Counted from the first letter of the stretch, positions 1-7,946 are shown. The stretch: 24,000 nucleotides of DNA from Thiohalospira sp. (GCF_046546335.1 NZ_JBKGYA010000001.1), one strand, 5' to 3'. Program-made: numbers and translations. Notes: a model not told the origin generated them from the letters alone.

Positions 1-461
1 AGCAGCCCCGTGAATCCGAGGAAGAGGGAGCCCTTCACCCCGGCGAAGAGGTCGATGTGCAGGTGCTGGAGGATCTCCATGATCCCCTCGCCCACCGGGT
101 AGTCGCTGAGCAGCTCCCCGGTCCGCGCATCGTAGCCCAGGAAGGAGGCCGTCTCCGGATCGGTCAGGCTCTCGCCGGTGCGCACGAACCAGACATCCGG
201 CGCGTGTTCGTCCCGGACCAGGAACTGGACCACCTCCTCCGGCCGCCGCTGGCGGGCATCGGCGAGGATGGTATCGACATCGGCGCGCTGACCGCTCTCC
301 TCCAGGGGCGGGACCTCCGGGGCGTAGCCCAGGGCGTGGTCGATCTCCTCCTGGAAGACGAGAGGCAGGCCGGTGATGAAGAGCAGGAGCATGAAGGGGG
401 TGGAAAGCAGCCCGGTCCACTTGTGGATCCGGTACCACATCCGTAATCGCTGGCCGTTCAT
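1..461 (-). CDS. PepSY-associated TM helix / PiuB-like iron-regulated membrane protein, N-terminal part (3' end runs off the window)
   Basis: Absent from the ORF track because it leaves the window. Minus-strand ATG at 461..459 is preceded by GGAGG with a 4-nt spacer. My translation is MNGQRLRMWYRIHKWTGLLSTPFMLLLFITGLPLVFQEEIDHALGY..., with the WYRxHKWxGL motif and TM helix typical of PepSY_TM proteins. It lies 48 nt downstream of a TonB-dependent receptor, its usual genomic partner. Confidence 0.7.
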   Translation of the reverse strand, partial: MNGQRLRMWYRIHKWTGLLSTPFMLLLFITGLPLVFQEEIDHALGYAPEVPPLEESGQRADVDTILADARQRRPEEVVQFLVRDEHAPDVWFVRTGESLTDPETASFLGYDARTGELLSDYPVGEGIMEILQHLHIDLFAGVKGSLFLGFTGL

Positions 462-509
462 GGGTCCTCCGGGCCGGCGCACCGGCATAGCGGTGCGCCA
501 GCGAGCGGG

Positions 510-2630
510 TCAGTAGGTGAGGTCGTAGGAGAGGGTGATGCTACGACCCTTGCCGGCCGGGGTATACCCGGGCGTGTTGTAGGACTGGGACAGCGGCGTC
601 ATGTACTGCTCGTCCAGCAGGTTGCGGAGGCCGACGCTGACCTTCCCGGGTCCGGCCCCGAAGCGGGCGGTGGCGTCCACCAGGGTATAGCCACTAACCT
701 TGCCCTCGGCGAAGGTCGTGCTGTCCCCGAAGCGCTCGCGATCGAAGACCCGCTTGGCCTGGAGCCGGCCGGACCAGTCGGCATCGGGCTCGTAATCGGC
801 GTGGAGGGTCAGCTCCGGCGGCGTGATCCGGGTCCCGTCCAGGTAGTCATCGGTCTCGCCGTCGTCGTCGGTATCCACCCGCCCCTCCTGCCAGGTAGCG
901 GTGCCCCCCAGGCGCCAGGCGCGGCCGGCCTCCATCTCGCCGGTGAACTCCGCACCGTAGACCTCCTCCTCCTGCCGCAGGACGGCGTAATCCGGCGGAC
1001 CCCCGAAGGTCGCCCCCAGCTCCGAGGTGTTGTAGAAGGCGGTGGCAGTGGCCCGCCAGTCCCGGAAGCGGCCCCGCCAGCCCAGCTCGTAGTTGTCCAC
1101 CACCTGGGCCTCGGGGTTGAGCTCCTCGGCGTCGACGTCGTTGCCCTGGGTGCTCTGAGTGCGCAGGGCGCGTCCGATCTCGGCGACGGTGAAGCCCTGG
1201 CTGAAGCTGGCGAAGAGCTCCTGCTCGGCGGAGAGGTAGCGAACCAGGCCGGCATTGAAGACCGTCTCGTCGTAATCCAGCTCGCCGCCGGTGACGGTGC
1301 CGGAGGTCGAAAAGCCCTCGTCCCGGAAGGTGGGCGCATCGACGGTTACCCGCTCGTGGCGCACCCCACCGCGAACCATCCAGTCCTCCCCCAGCGGGGC
1401 GTTGAGCTGGACGAAGGGGGCGTAGTTGGTCTGGTCGAACTCGCCCATGTTGGTGCGGCCATCGCGGAAGTTCTGGGCCGTGGTCTCCGTCCCGGCGTCG
1501 AGGCCGTAGACGGCGTCCAGCGCCCCGAAGCCGCGCTCGTGGGCCAGGCGCAGGCCGGTGTGCCGGGTCTCCAGGAAGGTCTGGCCGTAGTCGTCGGTAT
1601 AGCCGAAGATGGTCTCGTAGTCCTGGTGGTAGACCTGGGTGGACAGCGTGCCCCCGGCCACGTCCTCCCAGGTGTGGTCCAGGCTGACGTTGAGGTTCTC
1701 GGTCCCCGGGTTGTCCCCCTCGGGCGCTTCGTTCACCGCCGCGGAGGGATTGCCCGGGGAGCCGCCGGATTTCGGGTCCGCCGAATACTCGGCATCCTGG
1801 GTATGGTCGTAGTAGTTCAGGGAGAGGCGCAGGCGCTGATCGGGGGCGACCTGGTAGCCCACCTTGGACTGCAGGTTCAGTTCCGTGGATTCCGCCAGAC
1901 CACCGCCCTGGGAGGGGTAGCCGTCGGAGGGGATCCGCTCGCCGTCGCCGTCGTACCCGACGCCGGTCTCCCCGGCGCTCACGTTGAGGCTGTAGTCCAG
2001 GGCCTCGCTGTTGCCGCGCATGCCCTGGTAGAGCCGGCCCCCGAGGCTGTCGCCGTTCTCGGACTGCCCGGTAAGCTCCACGGCGGTCCGGTTCTCGTGG
2101 CCCTCGGCGTCGGCACCGGACTTGGTGATGAAGTTGATCACGCCGCCGGTGGAGCCGATCCCGTAGGTGGCCACCGCCCCGCGGACCACCTCCACGCGCT
2201 CGATGGCCTCCGGGGCAATGGCGCGCAGGTGCTTCAGACCGTCGCGCAGGACCGCGTTCTGCGGGACCCCGTCGATCATGACCAGAAACTTGCGGCCCCG
2301 GAGCTGCTGGCCGTAGTTGGTGAGGTTCTCCGAGGACTGCCCCATTCCGGGGACCAGGTTGGAGAGGACCTCGCCCAGGTCGTCGGTGGAGCGGGTCTGC
2401 TCCTCGAGGTCCTCCTCTTCAAGCACCGTGACCGAGCCGGGGATATCCGCGATGGAGCGACCCTGGCTGGTCCGGGTGGTGGTGACCTGGACGGCGTCCA
2501 GGCGCTCGGCGCCGCCGTCCTGGGCGGCCACCGGTGCCGAGAGGGCACCGAGGACCAGGGCGGGGACCGCGGCGAGTCCGGAGGTCGTGGCGCCGCAGGA
2601 GCGGGCACCGGAAAGGCGGAAGGTGTTCAT
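510..2630 (-). CDS. TonB-dependent (siderophore-type) outer membrane receptor
   Basis: 706-aa ORF with a signal peptide ending ...SAPVAAQDGG and a TonB-box-like LDAVQVTT. It has plug-domain motifs (IPGSVTVL, RGRKFLVMIDGVPQN, IERVEVVRGAVATYGIGSTGGVINFITK) and a long beta-barrel with an aromatic C-terminus (SITLSYDLTY). GGAG lies 5 nt before the ATG. Confidence 0.9.
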   Translation of the reverse strand: MNTFRLSGARSCGATTSGLAAVPALVLGALSAPVAAQDGGAERLDAVQVTTTRTSQGRSIADIPGSVTVLEEEDLEEQTRSTDDLGEVLSNLVPGMGQSSENLTNYGQQLRGRKFLVMIDGVPQNAVLRDGLKHLRAIAPEAIERVEVVRGAVATYGIGSTGGVINFITKSGADAEGHENRTAVELTGQSENGDSLGGRLYQGMRGNSEALDYSLNVSAGETGVGYDGDGERIPSDGYPSQGGGLAESTELNLQSKVGYQVAPDQRLRLSLNYYDHTQDAEYSADPKSGGSPGNPSAAVNEAPEGDNPGTENLNVSLDHTWEDVAGGTLSTQVYHQDYETIFGYTDDYGQTFLETRHTGLRLAHERGFGALDAVYGLDAGTETTAQNFRDGRTNMGEFDQTNYAPFVQLNAPLGEDWMVRGGVRHERVTVDAPTFRDEGFSTSGTVTGGELDYDETVFNAGLVRYLSAEQELFASFSQGFTVAEIGRALRTQSTQGNDVDAEELNPEAQVVDNYELGWRGRFRDWRATATAFYNTSELGATFGGPPDYAVLRQEEEVYGAEFTGEMEAGRAWRLGGTATWQEGRVDTDDDGETDDYLDGTRITPPELTLHADYEPDADWSGRLQAKRVFDRERFGDSTTFAEGKVSGYTLVDATARFGAGPGKVSVGLRNLLDEQYMTPLSQSYNTPGYTPAGKGRSITLSYDLTY

Positions 2631-2675
2631 GGATGCTCCTCATGCTTGTTATGGCTCTGTGCGTACGGGGAACGC

Positions 2676-2712
2676 GAGAACGGATCGTTATGCGAATCGT
2701 TCTCATTGTCAA
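2676..2712 (-). promoter_or_regulatory. Candidate Fur box overlapping a sigma70-like -35 element upstream of the TonB-dependent receptor
   Basis: The minus strand reads TTGACA (2712..2707), and GACAATGAGAACGATTCGC (2710..2692) matches 13 of 19 positions of the classical GATAATGATAATCATTATC consensus. An imperfect palindrome GAGAACGGATCG/CGAATCGTTCTC spans 2676..2704. The site is 46-80 nt upstream of the receptor ATG. Confidence 0.4.
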
Positions 2713-2795
2713 CAACACGAGGAGCAGGGTCGTTGCGCCCGGCGTGCGGATACGGGATCATCCCCTACCGGATAACTCAGGAATGGAGCGGCAAC

Positions 2796-3266
2796 ATGGC
2801 CTACTGGCTGATGAAGTCGGAGCCCGACGTCTTCGGCATCGACCACCTGGCGGCGATGCCCGGAGGCACCGACCACTGGGACGGGATCCGCAACTATCAG
2901 GTCCGCAACATGATCCGGGACCGGATGCGGCCCGGGGACCAGGCGCTCTTCTACCACTCCAACACCAAGCCGCCGGGCATCGCCGGGCTCATGGAGATCG
3001 TCAGCGAGCCCTACCCCGACCACACCGCCTTCGACCCGGAGGCGAAGTACTACGACCCCAGGTCGGACCCGGACAACCCGCGCTGGTACATGGTGGATGT
3101 CCGCTACATCCGCCACCTCGACCGCTACATCCCGCTGGACGAGCTCAAGGCGCGGCCGGAGCTGGCCGAGATGAAGCTGGTCCAGAAGGGCAACCGGCTC
3201 TCCATCATGCCGGTGACCGAGGACGAGTGGCAGACCATCCTGGCCATGGAGAAGGAGGGGGCGTGA
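2796..3266 (+). CDS. EVE (PUA-like, DUF55/THYN1-like) domain protein
   Basis: This is the C-terminal 156 codons of the artefactual 801..3266 ORF, starting at the ATG at 2796. MAYWLMKSEPDVFGIDHL...WDGIRNYQVRNMIRDRMRPGDQALFYHSN...IAGLMEIVSEPYPD...RWYMVDVRY is the canonical EVE-domain pattern. Confidence 0.88.
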   Translation: MAYWLMKSEPDVFGIDHLAAMPGGTDHWDGIRNYQVRNMIRDRMRPGDQALFYHSNTKPPGIAGLMEIVSEPYPDHTAFDPEAKYYDPRSDPDNPRWYMVDVRYIRHLDRYIPLDELKARPELAEMKLVQKGNRLSIMPVTEDEWQTILAMEKEGA

Positions 3267-3937
3267 TCACCGCCTACCACCAGTGGTCGGTCCCCGAGTC
3301 CCAGCGGCTTCGCCTGGCGCTGGCCGCCAAGGGCGTGGACTTCGAGGCCGTGGCCGTCGCCCCGGATGACGACGCCACCTTCTTCGACCTCGGGATCGCC
3401 CGCACCCTGCCGGTGCTGGTAGACGACCAGGGCACGGTGCACACCGACTTCCCCGCCACCCTCTTCGAGCTGGACGGGATCGCGGGCGGCGAGCCGCTGG
3501 TGGAGGGCGCCATCGACCAGGGAGCCTGGGATGCCCTGCTGGACTGGCGGGAGCAGGCCGAGCCGCTGCTGCAGCGGCTCTACGCGCCGGTGGTCCCCGC
3601 CTTCCGCGACGTGGGCGACGACGACGCCGCCTTCGAGGCGTGGAAGCGCGAGGCCGAGCACCGCTTCGGCATGGGGCTGGAGGCGCTGGCCAACGACCGC
3701 TACGCCGCCTACGAGCAGTTCGCCACCCTCTCCCGCCTGCCGGAGCTGGGGAGGTATCTCGAACAACGACGCTTCTACACCGGCACCCTCTCCGTCGCCG
3801 ACTGCCTGCTCGCCGCCGATCTGGCGCCGCTACAGCAGCTGGACGGCGTGAGCCTGCCGGTGAGTATCATGTACTACATCCAGCGGGTGGAGGCCGCCTG
3901 CGGGGCGGCCACCGCCGATGGCCTGCTGGCCGCCTGA
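3263..3937 (+). CDS. Glutathione S-transferase-like / thioredoxin-fold protein
   Basis: GTG at 3263 overlaps the EVE stop (GTGA). The N-terminus (ITAYHQWSVPESQRLRLALAAKGVDFEAVAV...LPVLVDD) looks like a GST N-terminal thioredoxin fold and is followed by a helical C-terminal half. High GC3 throughout. Family assignment is by motif only. Confidence 0.6.
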   Translation: MITAYHQWSVPESQRLRLALAAKGVDFEAVAVAPDDDATFFDLGIARTLPVLVDDQGTVHTDFPATLFELDGIAGGEPLVEGAIDQGAWDALLDWREQAEPLLQRLYAPVVPAFRDVGDDDAAFEAWKREAEHRFGMGLEALANDRYAAYEQFATLSRLPELGRYLEQRRFYTGTLSVADCLLAADLAPLQQLDGVSLPVSIMYYIQRVEAACGAATADGLLAA

Positions 3938-3961
3938 CCCATCCGAACAAGGAGGCAGATC

Positions 3962-4309
3962 ATGACCCTTGGAGAGCTCCTGCAGTTCCTCGATGCCAAT
4001 ACCAAGCACGACTTCCTCGCCGGCGGGGTGGCCGAGTCCCTGACCAGGGCCCAGAACGGCGAGCACCCCGACCCCATCGCCGGGGAGATCCTCGCCGGGA
4101 TCGCCGAGGGCTGCGGCGCCGCCGATACCGACGCCGAGGTGGAACGCGCCCAGGTGGTCAACAGCATCGGCCCCCTGCGCCTGAAGTACCAGGCCGACGA
4201 CGCCCCGGTGGAGGGCTTCCGCCTCATGCGCGAGACGGTGCTGGCCATCGACGAGGCCTTCGACCAGGAGGCCATCCGGCAGAAGACCGGGGAGGCGCCG
4301 TCGAGCTAG
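3962..4309 (+). CDS. Hypothetical acidic protein (115 aa)
   Basis: Strong SD GGAGG 6 nt before the ATG, GC3-rich codons, and a stem-loop plus T-tract terminator immediately downstream. I recognise no family. Confidence 0.7.
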   Translation: MTLGELLQFLDANTKHDFLAGGVAESLTRAQNGEHPDPIAGEILAGIAEGCGAADTDAEVERAQVVNSIGPLRLKYQADDAPVEGFRLMRETVLAIDEAFDQEAIRQKTGEAPSS

Positions 4310-4335
4310 GGCTGGCAGGTAAGCCAGCCTTTATT
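4310..4335 (+). terminator. Rho-independent terminator
   Basis: GGCTGGC (4310..4316), loop aggtaa, GCCAGCC (4323..4329), followed by TTTATT (4330..4335), directly after the stop at 4309. Confidence 0.65.
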
Positions 4336-4362
4336 GGCGGCGAAGGAGCTGCCGGCGGGCCC

Positions 4363-4842
4363 TCACAGGCCCTCCAGCCGTCGAAGGGCTCTTTCCCAGG
4401 GTAGCCGGCTGCCGCGAGATCGCATGCGCTCGTAGGCGGCCCTGGCTTCGTCTTGAGAGAGCAGCTGCTCGCCAAGCATCTGTTCGACGAGCCACAAGGT
4501 ACCGTGAACCTCCACCCCCTGCTCGCTGGCCAGCTTGCGCAGCGGATTATCCCCCGTCAGCAGCACGCACCCCTGCTCCCGTGCCAGAACGAGCGCAAGC
4601 ATGTCGTATCGACTCGGTGCGGAGTAAGCCGCGGCCTGACGGCCGGCCTCATCGATCAAGTCACCGGACATCGGCAGCAATTCAAGCCCGGCCTCGGGCA
4701 AATCCGGGTGGTGGGATTCCAGCTCGTCGAAGAACAGGATGTCCGGCGTCGCGATACGATGGGGTAACCGAAACAGGACGGAAACCAGTTCCCCCTCCTC
4801 GATATCGATCAGCACATTCGCATCACTGATCAGCAGGCGCAT
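4363..4842 (-). CDS. PIN-like nuclease domain protein (DUF3368/COG2405-like pattern), putative toxin/effector
   Basis: 159 aa with N-terminal MRLLISDANVLID (first PIN Asp). Further acidic positions lie in FFDELE, RYDMLAL and LLTGDNPLRKLA, followed by GVEVHGTLWLVEQML, as in PIN-like COG2405 proteins. The start overlaps the upstream gene by 20 nt, and GGAAG lies 6 nt before the ATG. Confidence 0.7.
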   Translation of the reverse strand: MRLLISDANVLIDIEEGELVSVLFRLPHRIATPDILFFDELESHHPDLPEAGLELLPMSGDLIDEAGRQAAAYSAPSRYDMLALVLAREQGCVLLTGDNPLRKLASEQGVEVHGTLWLVEQMLGEQLLSQDEARAAYERMRSRGSRLPWERALRRLEGL

Positions 4843-5887
4843 GCGCCACTTCCAGATTGCGCTGTGCCCGCAGCTCGGCTAGTGGCACTGCCAGCAGCTC
4901 GGCCGCCTTGGATTCGGAAATCCGGTCCTCACCCAGCGCGCGATAGACCATCTGCGGGAACAGATGCGCCTTTTCGGCGGGGTAGGTACGTGGCTCCTCT
5001 CTCCGCCAGCCATGCTTGCTGAAGTAGCGCGCCATGCGCTCGTAACTCGACGCCTGGAGTATCCCCAGCTGCCGCGCACGGATGACCCACCCCAGCATGC
5101 TCAGGCCATACTCTTCTTTCAGGAGCGCCAGCTCCTGCGGCTCCAGCCAGGTTCGTTTCTGGCCCAGGGATTCCAGCACCGACATCCGGGGAGCGAGAAA
5201 TGCCCCCGCGAAGCGATTGCAGGCCTTTTCTTCTTCCAGGCTTTCCTCGGACAGCCGCCCAGCCAGGATCCGATGGCCGAGTTCGTGAGCCAGGGTGAAG
5301 CGCTGACGATCCCCCGGCCACTCCCTACCCACTACCACAACCGGGTGGCCACCCACCTCCGCGGTCAATCCATCGAAACGGGCAGACGGGTCCACATCCA
5401 CCATCACCACGCGGAAGCCCTGGCCTTCGAGGATATCCACCATGTCGGCAATCGGGCCAAGCCCCAACCCCCAGGCCTGGCGCAGGAGAATGGCCAGCTC
5501 CTCGACATCCTCCTCGCCGGCCACCTCCCCCGGCAGATCGGAGGGGGCCTCGAATCCCCGGGCAAGAGCCGGGAACAACCCCTCAAGCTCCAGTCGACGC
5601 TCGATCTGATCCAGTACGTCGGCCCGGATCCGCTTCTCATCCCGAACGCGCAGGTTGGAACGCTTGCGAAACTCCAGACCCTCGAGGGAGTACGCCGCCG
5701 GGCGCAGGAAATATTCACTCCGCACCCCCAGGGCGCGCCCGAGCCCGATCAACTGTCGGGAATCGGGGGTCTTCTGCCCCTTCTCGAACTGGCTCAGGAG
5801 GGTGTGGCTAATCTCGACCTGTGCGGCCAGGCTGCGCAGGCTGAGACCCGCCGCCTCACGAGCCCGCTTCAAGCGCTCTCCAAGCAT
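4823..5887 (-). CDS. XRE-family HTH fused to an ImmA/IrrE (COG2856, M78-like) zinc metallopeptidase domain
   Basis: 354 aa. The N-terminal HTH is LKRAREAAGLSLRSLAAQVEISHTLLSQFEKGQKTP. The HEXXH motif is TLAHELGHRIL, followed by EEEKACNRFAGAFLAP (the E..AN.FA..LL.P signature of ImmA/IrrE). GGAGG lies 5 nt before the ATG. Confidence 0.9.
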   Translation of the reverse strand: MLGERLKRAREAAGLSLRSLAAQVEISHTLLSQFEKGQKTPDSRQLIGLGRALGVRSEYFLRPAAYSLEGLEFRKRSNLRVRDEKRIRADVLDQIERRLELEGLFPALARGFEAPSDLPGEVAGEEDVEELAILLRQAWGLGLGPIADMVDILEGQGFRVVMVDVDPSARFDGLTAEVGGHPVVVVGREWPGDRQRFTLAHELGHRILAGRLSEESLEEEKACNRFAGAFLAPRMSVLESLGQKRTWLEPQELALLKEEYGLSMLGWVIRARQLGILQASSYERMARYFSKHGWRREEPRTYPAEKAHLFPQMVYRALGEDRISESKAAELLAVPLAELRAQRNLEVAHAPADQ

Positions 5888-5897
5888 GGCCGCCTCC

Positions 5898-5934
5898 GTT
5901 TACAGAATTCATTAATAATTTCCATATTGTAAAC
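5898..5934. promoter_or_regulatory. Perfect 7-bp inverted repeat in the AT-rich divergent control region (candidate XRE operator/promoters)
   Basis: GTTTACA (5898..5904) N23 TGTAAAC (5928..5934) flanks gaattcattaataatttccatat, the most AT-rich stretch of the window. Each arm gives a TTTACA -35-like hexamer on its own strand. It lies immediately upstream of the XRE-ImmA SD. Confidence 0.4.
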
Positions 5935-6047
5935 AGCCTGCGCCCGGAGCGCACCACCCAAGACAGACATCGGCGCCATTGAGGCCCTGGGCTGCCCCCG
6001 CCTGATCGCCCATACTGCGAAGAGGGCAACCCAGAACCGAGAGTGCC

Positions 6048-6290
6048 ATGAAATCGATTTCCGTTTCCCGGGCATCGGGGGAGCTGGAACAGCTGATGGA
6101 TGAGGTCGCCGAATCCCACTGCCCGGTGCTGATCACCGGCTCACATAGCAATGCCGTGCTGATCGGCCAGGATGACTGGGCCGCCATGCGGGAAACGCTG
6201 TTTCTGGAATCGGTCCCCGGGATGGGTCACAGCATCCGCGAGGGGATGGCGACCCCGCTCGGTGACTGCGAATCCGAGCTGGACTGGTAG
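6048..6290 (+). CDS. Phd/YefM-family type II antitoxin (no cognate toxin gene present)
   Basis: 80 aa, MKSISVSRASGELEQLMDEVAESHCPVLITGSHSNAVLIGQDDWAAMRETLFLESVPGM..SIREG. This follows the YefM/Phd pattern (IS.SEAR..L...v.....PvlIT......vL.s.eey..l.ETl.L...P). Confidence 0.85.
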   Translation: MKSISVSRASGELEQLMDEVAESHCPVLITGSHSNAVLIGQDDWAAMRETLFLESVPGMGHSIREGMATPLGDCESELDW

Positions 6291-6333
6291 GGCCGTTACG
6301 AGTCCCGGGCTCCGCATTCCCGGGAGCACCCCC

Positions 6334-7848
6334 TCAGCGCAGGAACAGCTCGTACGCCGGGTTCTCCGTCTCCTCCTCCCAGGCGTAGCCCAGCTCCTGG
6401 AGGAACTGCTGGAAGGCGGGCTCTTCCTCCTCGGGGACCTGGAAGCCGGCGAGGACGCGGCCGTAGTCGGCGCCGTGGTTGCGGTAGTGGAACAGGGAGA
6501 TGTTCCAGTCGGCGTGGAGGTGGCTCAGAAAGCGCAGCAGCGCCCCGGGCCGCTCGGGGAATTCGAAGCGGTAGAGGGTCTCCCGGCCGGCGTGGGGGGC
6601 GCGGCCGCCCACCATGTGGCGGACGTGGAGCTTGGCCATCTCGTTGTCGGTGAGATCCACCACGCCGTAGCCGGCGGCCTCCAGCTTCTCGCGGAGCTCT
6701 TCCTTCTCCGGGGCGCCGGCGTTCATGCGGATACCGACGAAGATGTGGGCCTCGTCTGGGCCGGCGTAGCGGTAGTTGAACTCGGTGATGGAGCGGGTGC
6801 CGATGGCGTTGCAGAAGGCGCGGAAGCTGCCGGGGCGCTCGGGGATGGTCACGGCGAAGAGCGCCTCGCGCCGCTCGCCCAGCTCGGCGCGCTCGGCCAC
6901 GTAGCGCAGCCGGTCGAAGTTGATGTTCGCACCGCTGACCACGGCGGCGAGGTTGGCCCCCTCCAGCCGATGGTCCTCCACGTACTGCTTGAGGCCGGCC
7001 ACGCTGAGCGCCCCGGCCGGCTCGGCGATGGAGCGGGTGTTGTCGAAGATGTCCTTGATGGCCGCACAGATGGCATCGGTGGAGACCAGCACCACCTCGT
7101 CCACGCTCTCGCGCAGGATGCGGAAGGGCTCCTCGCCGATCCGGCGCACGGCCACGCCGTCGGCGAAGATCCCCACCTGTTCCAGCTGGACCCGCTCGCC
7201 GGCGGCCAGGGCGGAGTGCAGCGTGGGGGCGTCCGACGGCTCCACACCGATGATCCGCACCCCGGGGTAGAGGGCCCGGAAGTAGGCGGCCATCCCGGCC
7301 AGGAGGCCGCCGCCACCGACGGGTACGAAGATGGCCTCCAGCGGCTGCGGCGCCTGGCGGGCCAGCTCCATGGCCACCGTCCCCTGCCCGGCGATGACGT
7401 CGGGGTCGTCGTAGGGCGGGATGAAGGCCATCCCGGCCTCCTCCGCGATCTGCATGCAGTGGGCGAAGGCCTCGTCGTAGGAGCTGCCGTGGAGGACGAT
7501 CTCCGCCCCCAGCGCCCGCACCGCCTCGATCTTGATGTCCGGCGTGGTCTTGGGCATGACGATCCGCGCCGGGATCCCCAGCTTGCGCGCCGACAGCGCC
7601 ACCCCCTGGGCGTGGTTGCCGGCGGAGGCGGCGATGACGCCGCGCTCGCGCTGCTCCGGTGCCAGGTGGATGATCTTGTTGTACGCCCCGCGCAGCTTGT
7701 AGGAGAAGACCGGCTGCAGGTCCTCGCGCTTGAGGAAGACCTGGTTGCCCAGCCGCTTGGAGAGGCCGGTAGCCGGGTCCAGCGGCGTCTCCCGGGCCAC
7801 GTCGTAGACCCGGGCGGTGAGGATGCGCTTCAGGTAGGCGTCGAACAT
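6334..7848 (-). CDS. ilvA: Biosynthetic threonine dehydratase (threonine ammonia-lyase)
   Basis: [23 protein letters not shown]...[21 protein letters not shown] (PLP lysine motif), [15 protein letters not shown], and two C-terminal ACT-like regulatory repeats. I chose the ATG at 7848 (504 aa) over the track start at 7962, because the conserved N-terminus begins there and GGAGG lies upstream. Confidence 0.95.
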   Translation of the reverse strand: MFDAYLKRILTARVYDVARETPLDPATGLSKRLGNQVFLKREDLQPVFSYKLRGAYNKIIHLAPEQRERGVIAASAGNHAQGVALSARKLGIPARIVMPKTTPDIKIEAVRALGAEIVLHGSSYDEAFAHCMQIAEEAGMAFIPPYDDPDVIAGQGTVAMELARQAPQPLEAIFVPVGGGGLLAGMAAYFRALYPGVRIIGVEPSDAPTLHSALAAGERVQLEQVGIFADGVAVRRIGEEPFRILRESVDEVVLVSTDAICAAIKDIFDNTRSIAEPAGALSVAGLKQYVEDHRLEGANLAAVVSGANINFDRLRYVAERAELGERREALFAVTIPERPGSFRAFCNAIGTRSITEFNYRYAGPDEAHIFVGIRMNAGAPEKEELREKLEAAGYGVVDLTDNEMAKLHVRHMVGGRAPHAGRETLYRFEFPERPGALLRFLSHLHADWNISLFHYRNHGADYGRVLAGFQVPEEEEPAFQQFLQELGYAWEEETENPAYELFLR

Positions 7849-7940
7849 GGCCGTTACGGTACCACCTCCCCCGGGGGGTGTCAGTTGGAGCGATTCGAGG
7901 CAACGGCGACCGGATCTGGCCGCCGCCGCCGATACGCCCC

Positions 7941-7946
7941 TATAAT
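7941..7946 (+). promoter_or_regulatory. Candidate -10 hexamer for rpiA
   Basis: Perfect TATAAT 34 nt upstream of the rpiA ATG in an otherwise GC-rich spacer. No convincing -35. Confidence 0.3.

Noticed and set aside
57-446. 129-aa plus-strand ORF at the window start
   Set aside because: It lies opposite the PepSY_TM-type gene, whose minus-strand translation has a recognisable family motif and SD. It has no motif or RBS of its own.
801-2795. N-terminal 665 codons of the 821-aa plus-strand ORF 801..3266
   Set aside because: This is antisense to the well-supported TonB-dependent receptor. Its composition is the Gly/Ala/Val/Pro/Arg-rich pattern of a high-GC shadow frame. Only the last 156 codons (the EVE domain, from the ATG at 2796) are a real gene.
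6303-6325. Hairpin TCCCGGG-N9-CCCGGGA between the convergent phd-like gene and ilvA
   Set aside because: It is built on the self-complementary CCCGGG hexamer, which is frequent in GC-rich DNA, and has no T-tract on either side. It may be a bidirectional terminator but is not supportable from sequence alone.
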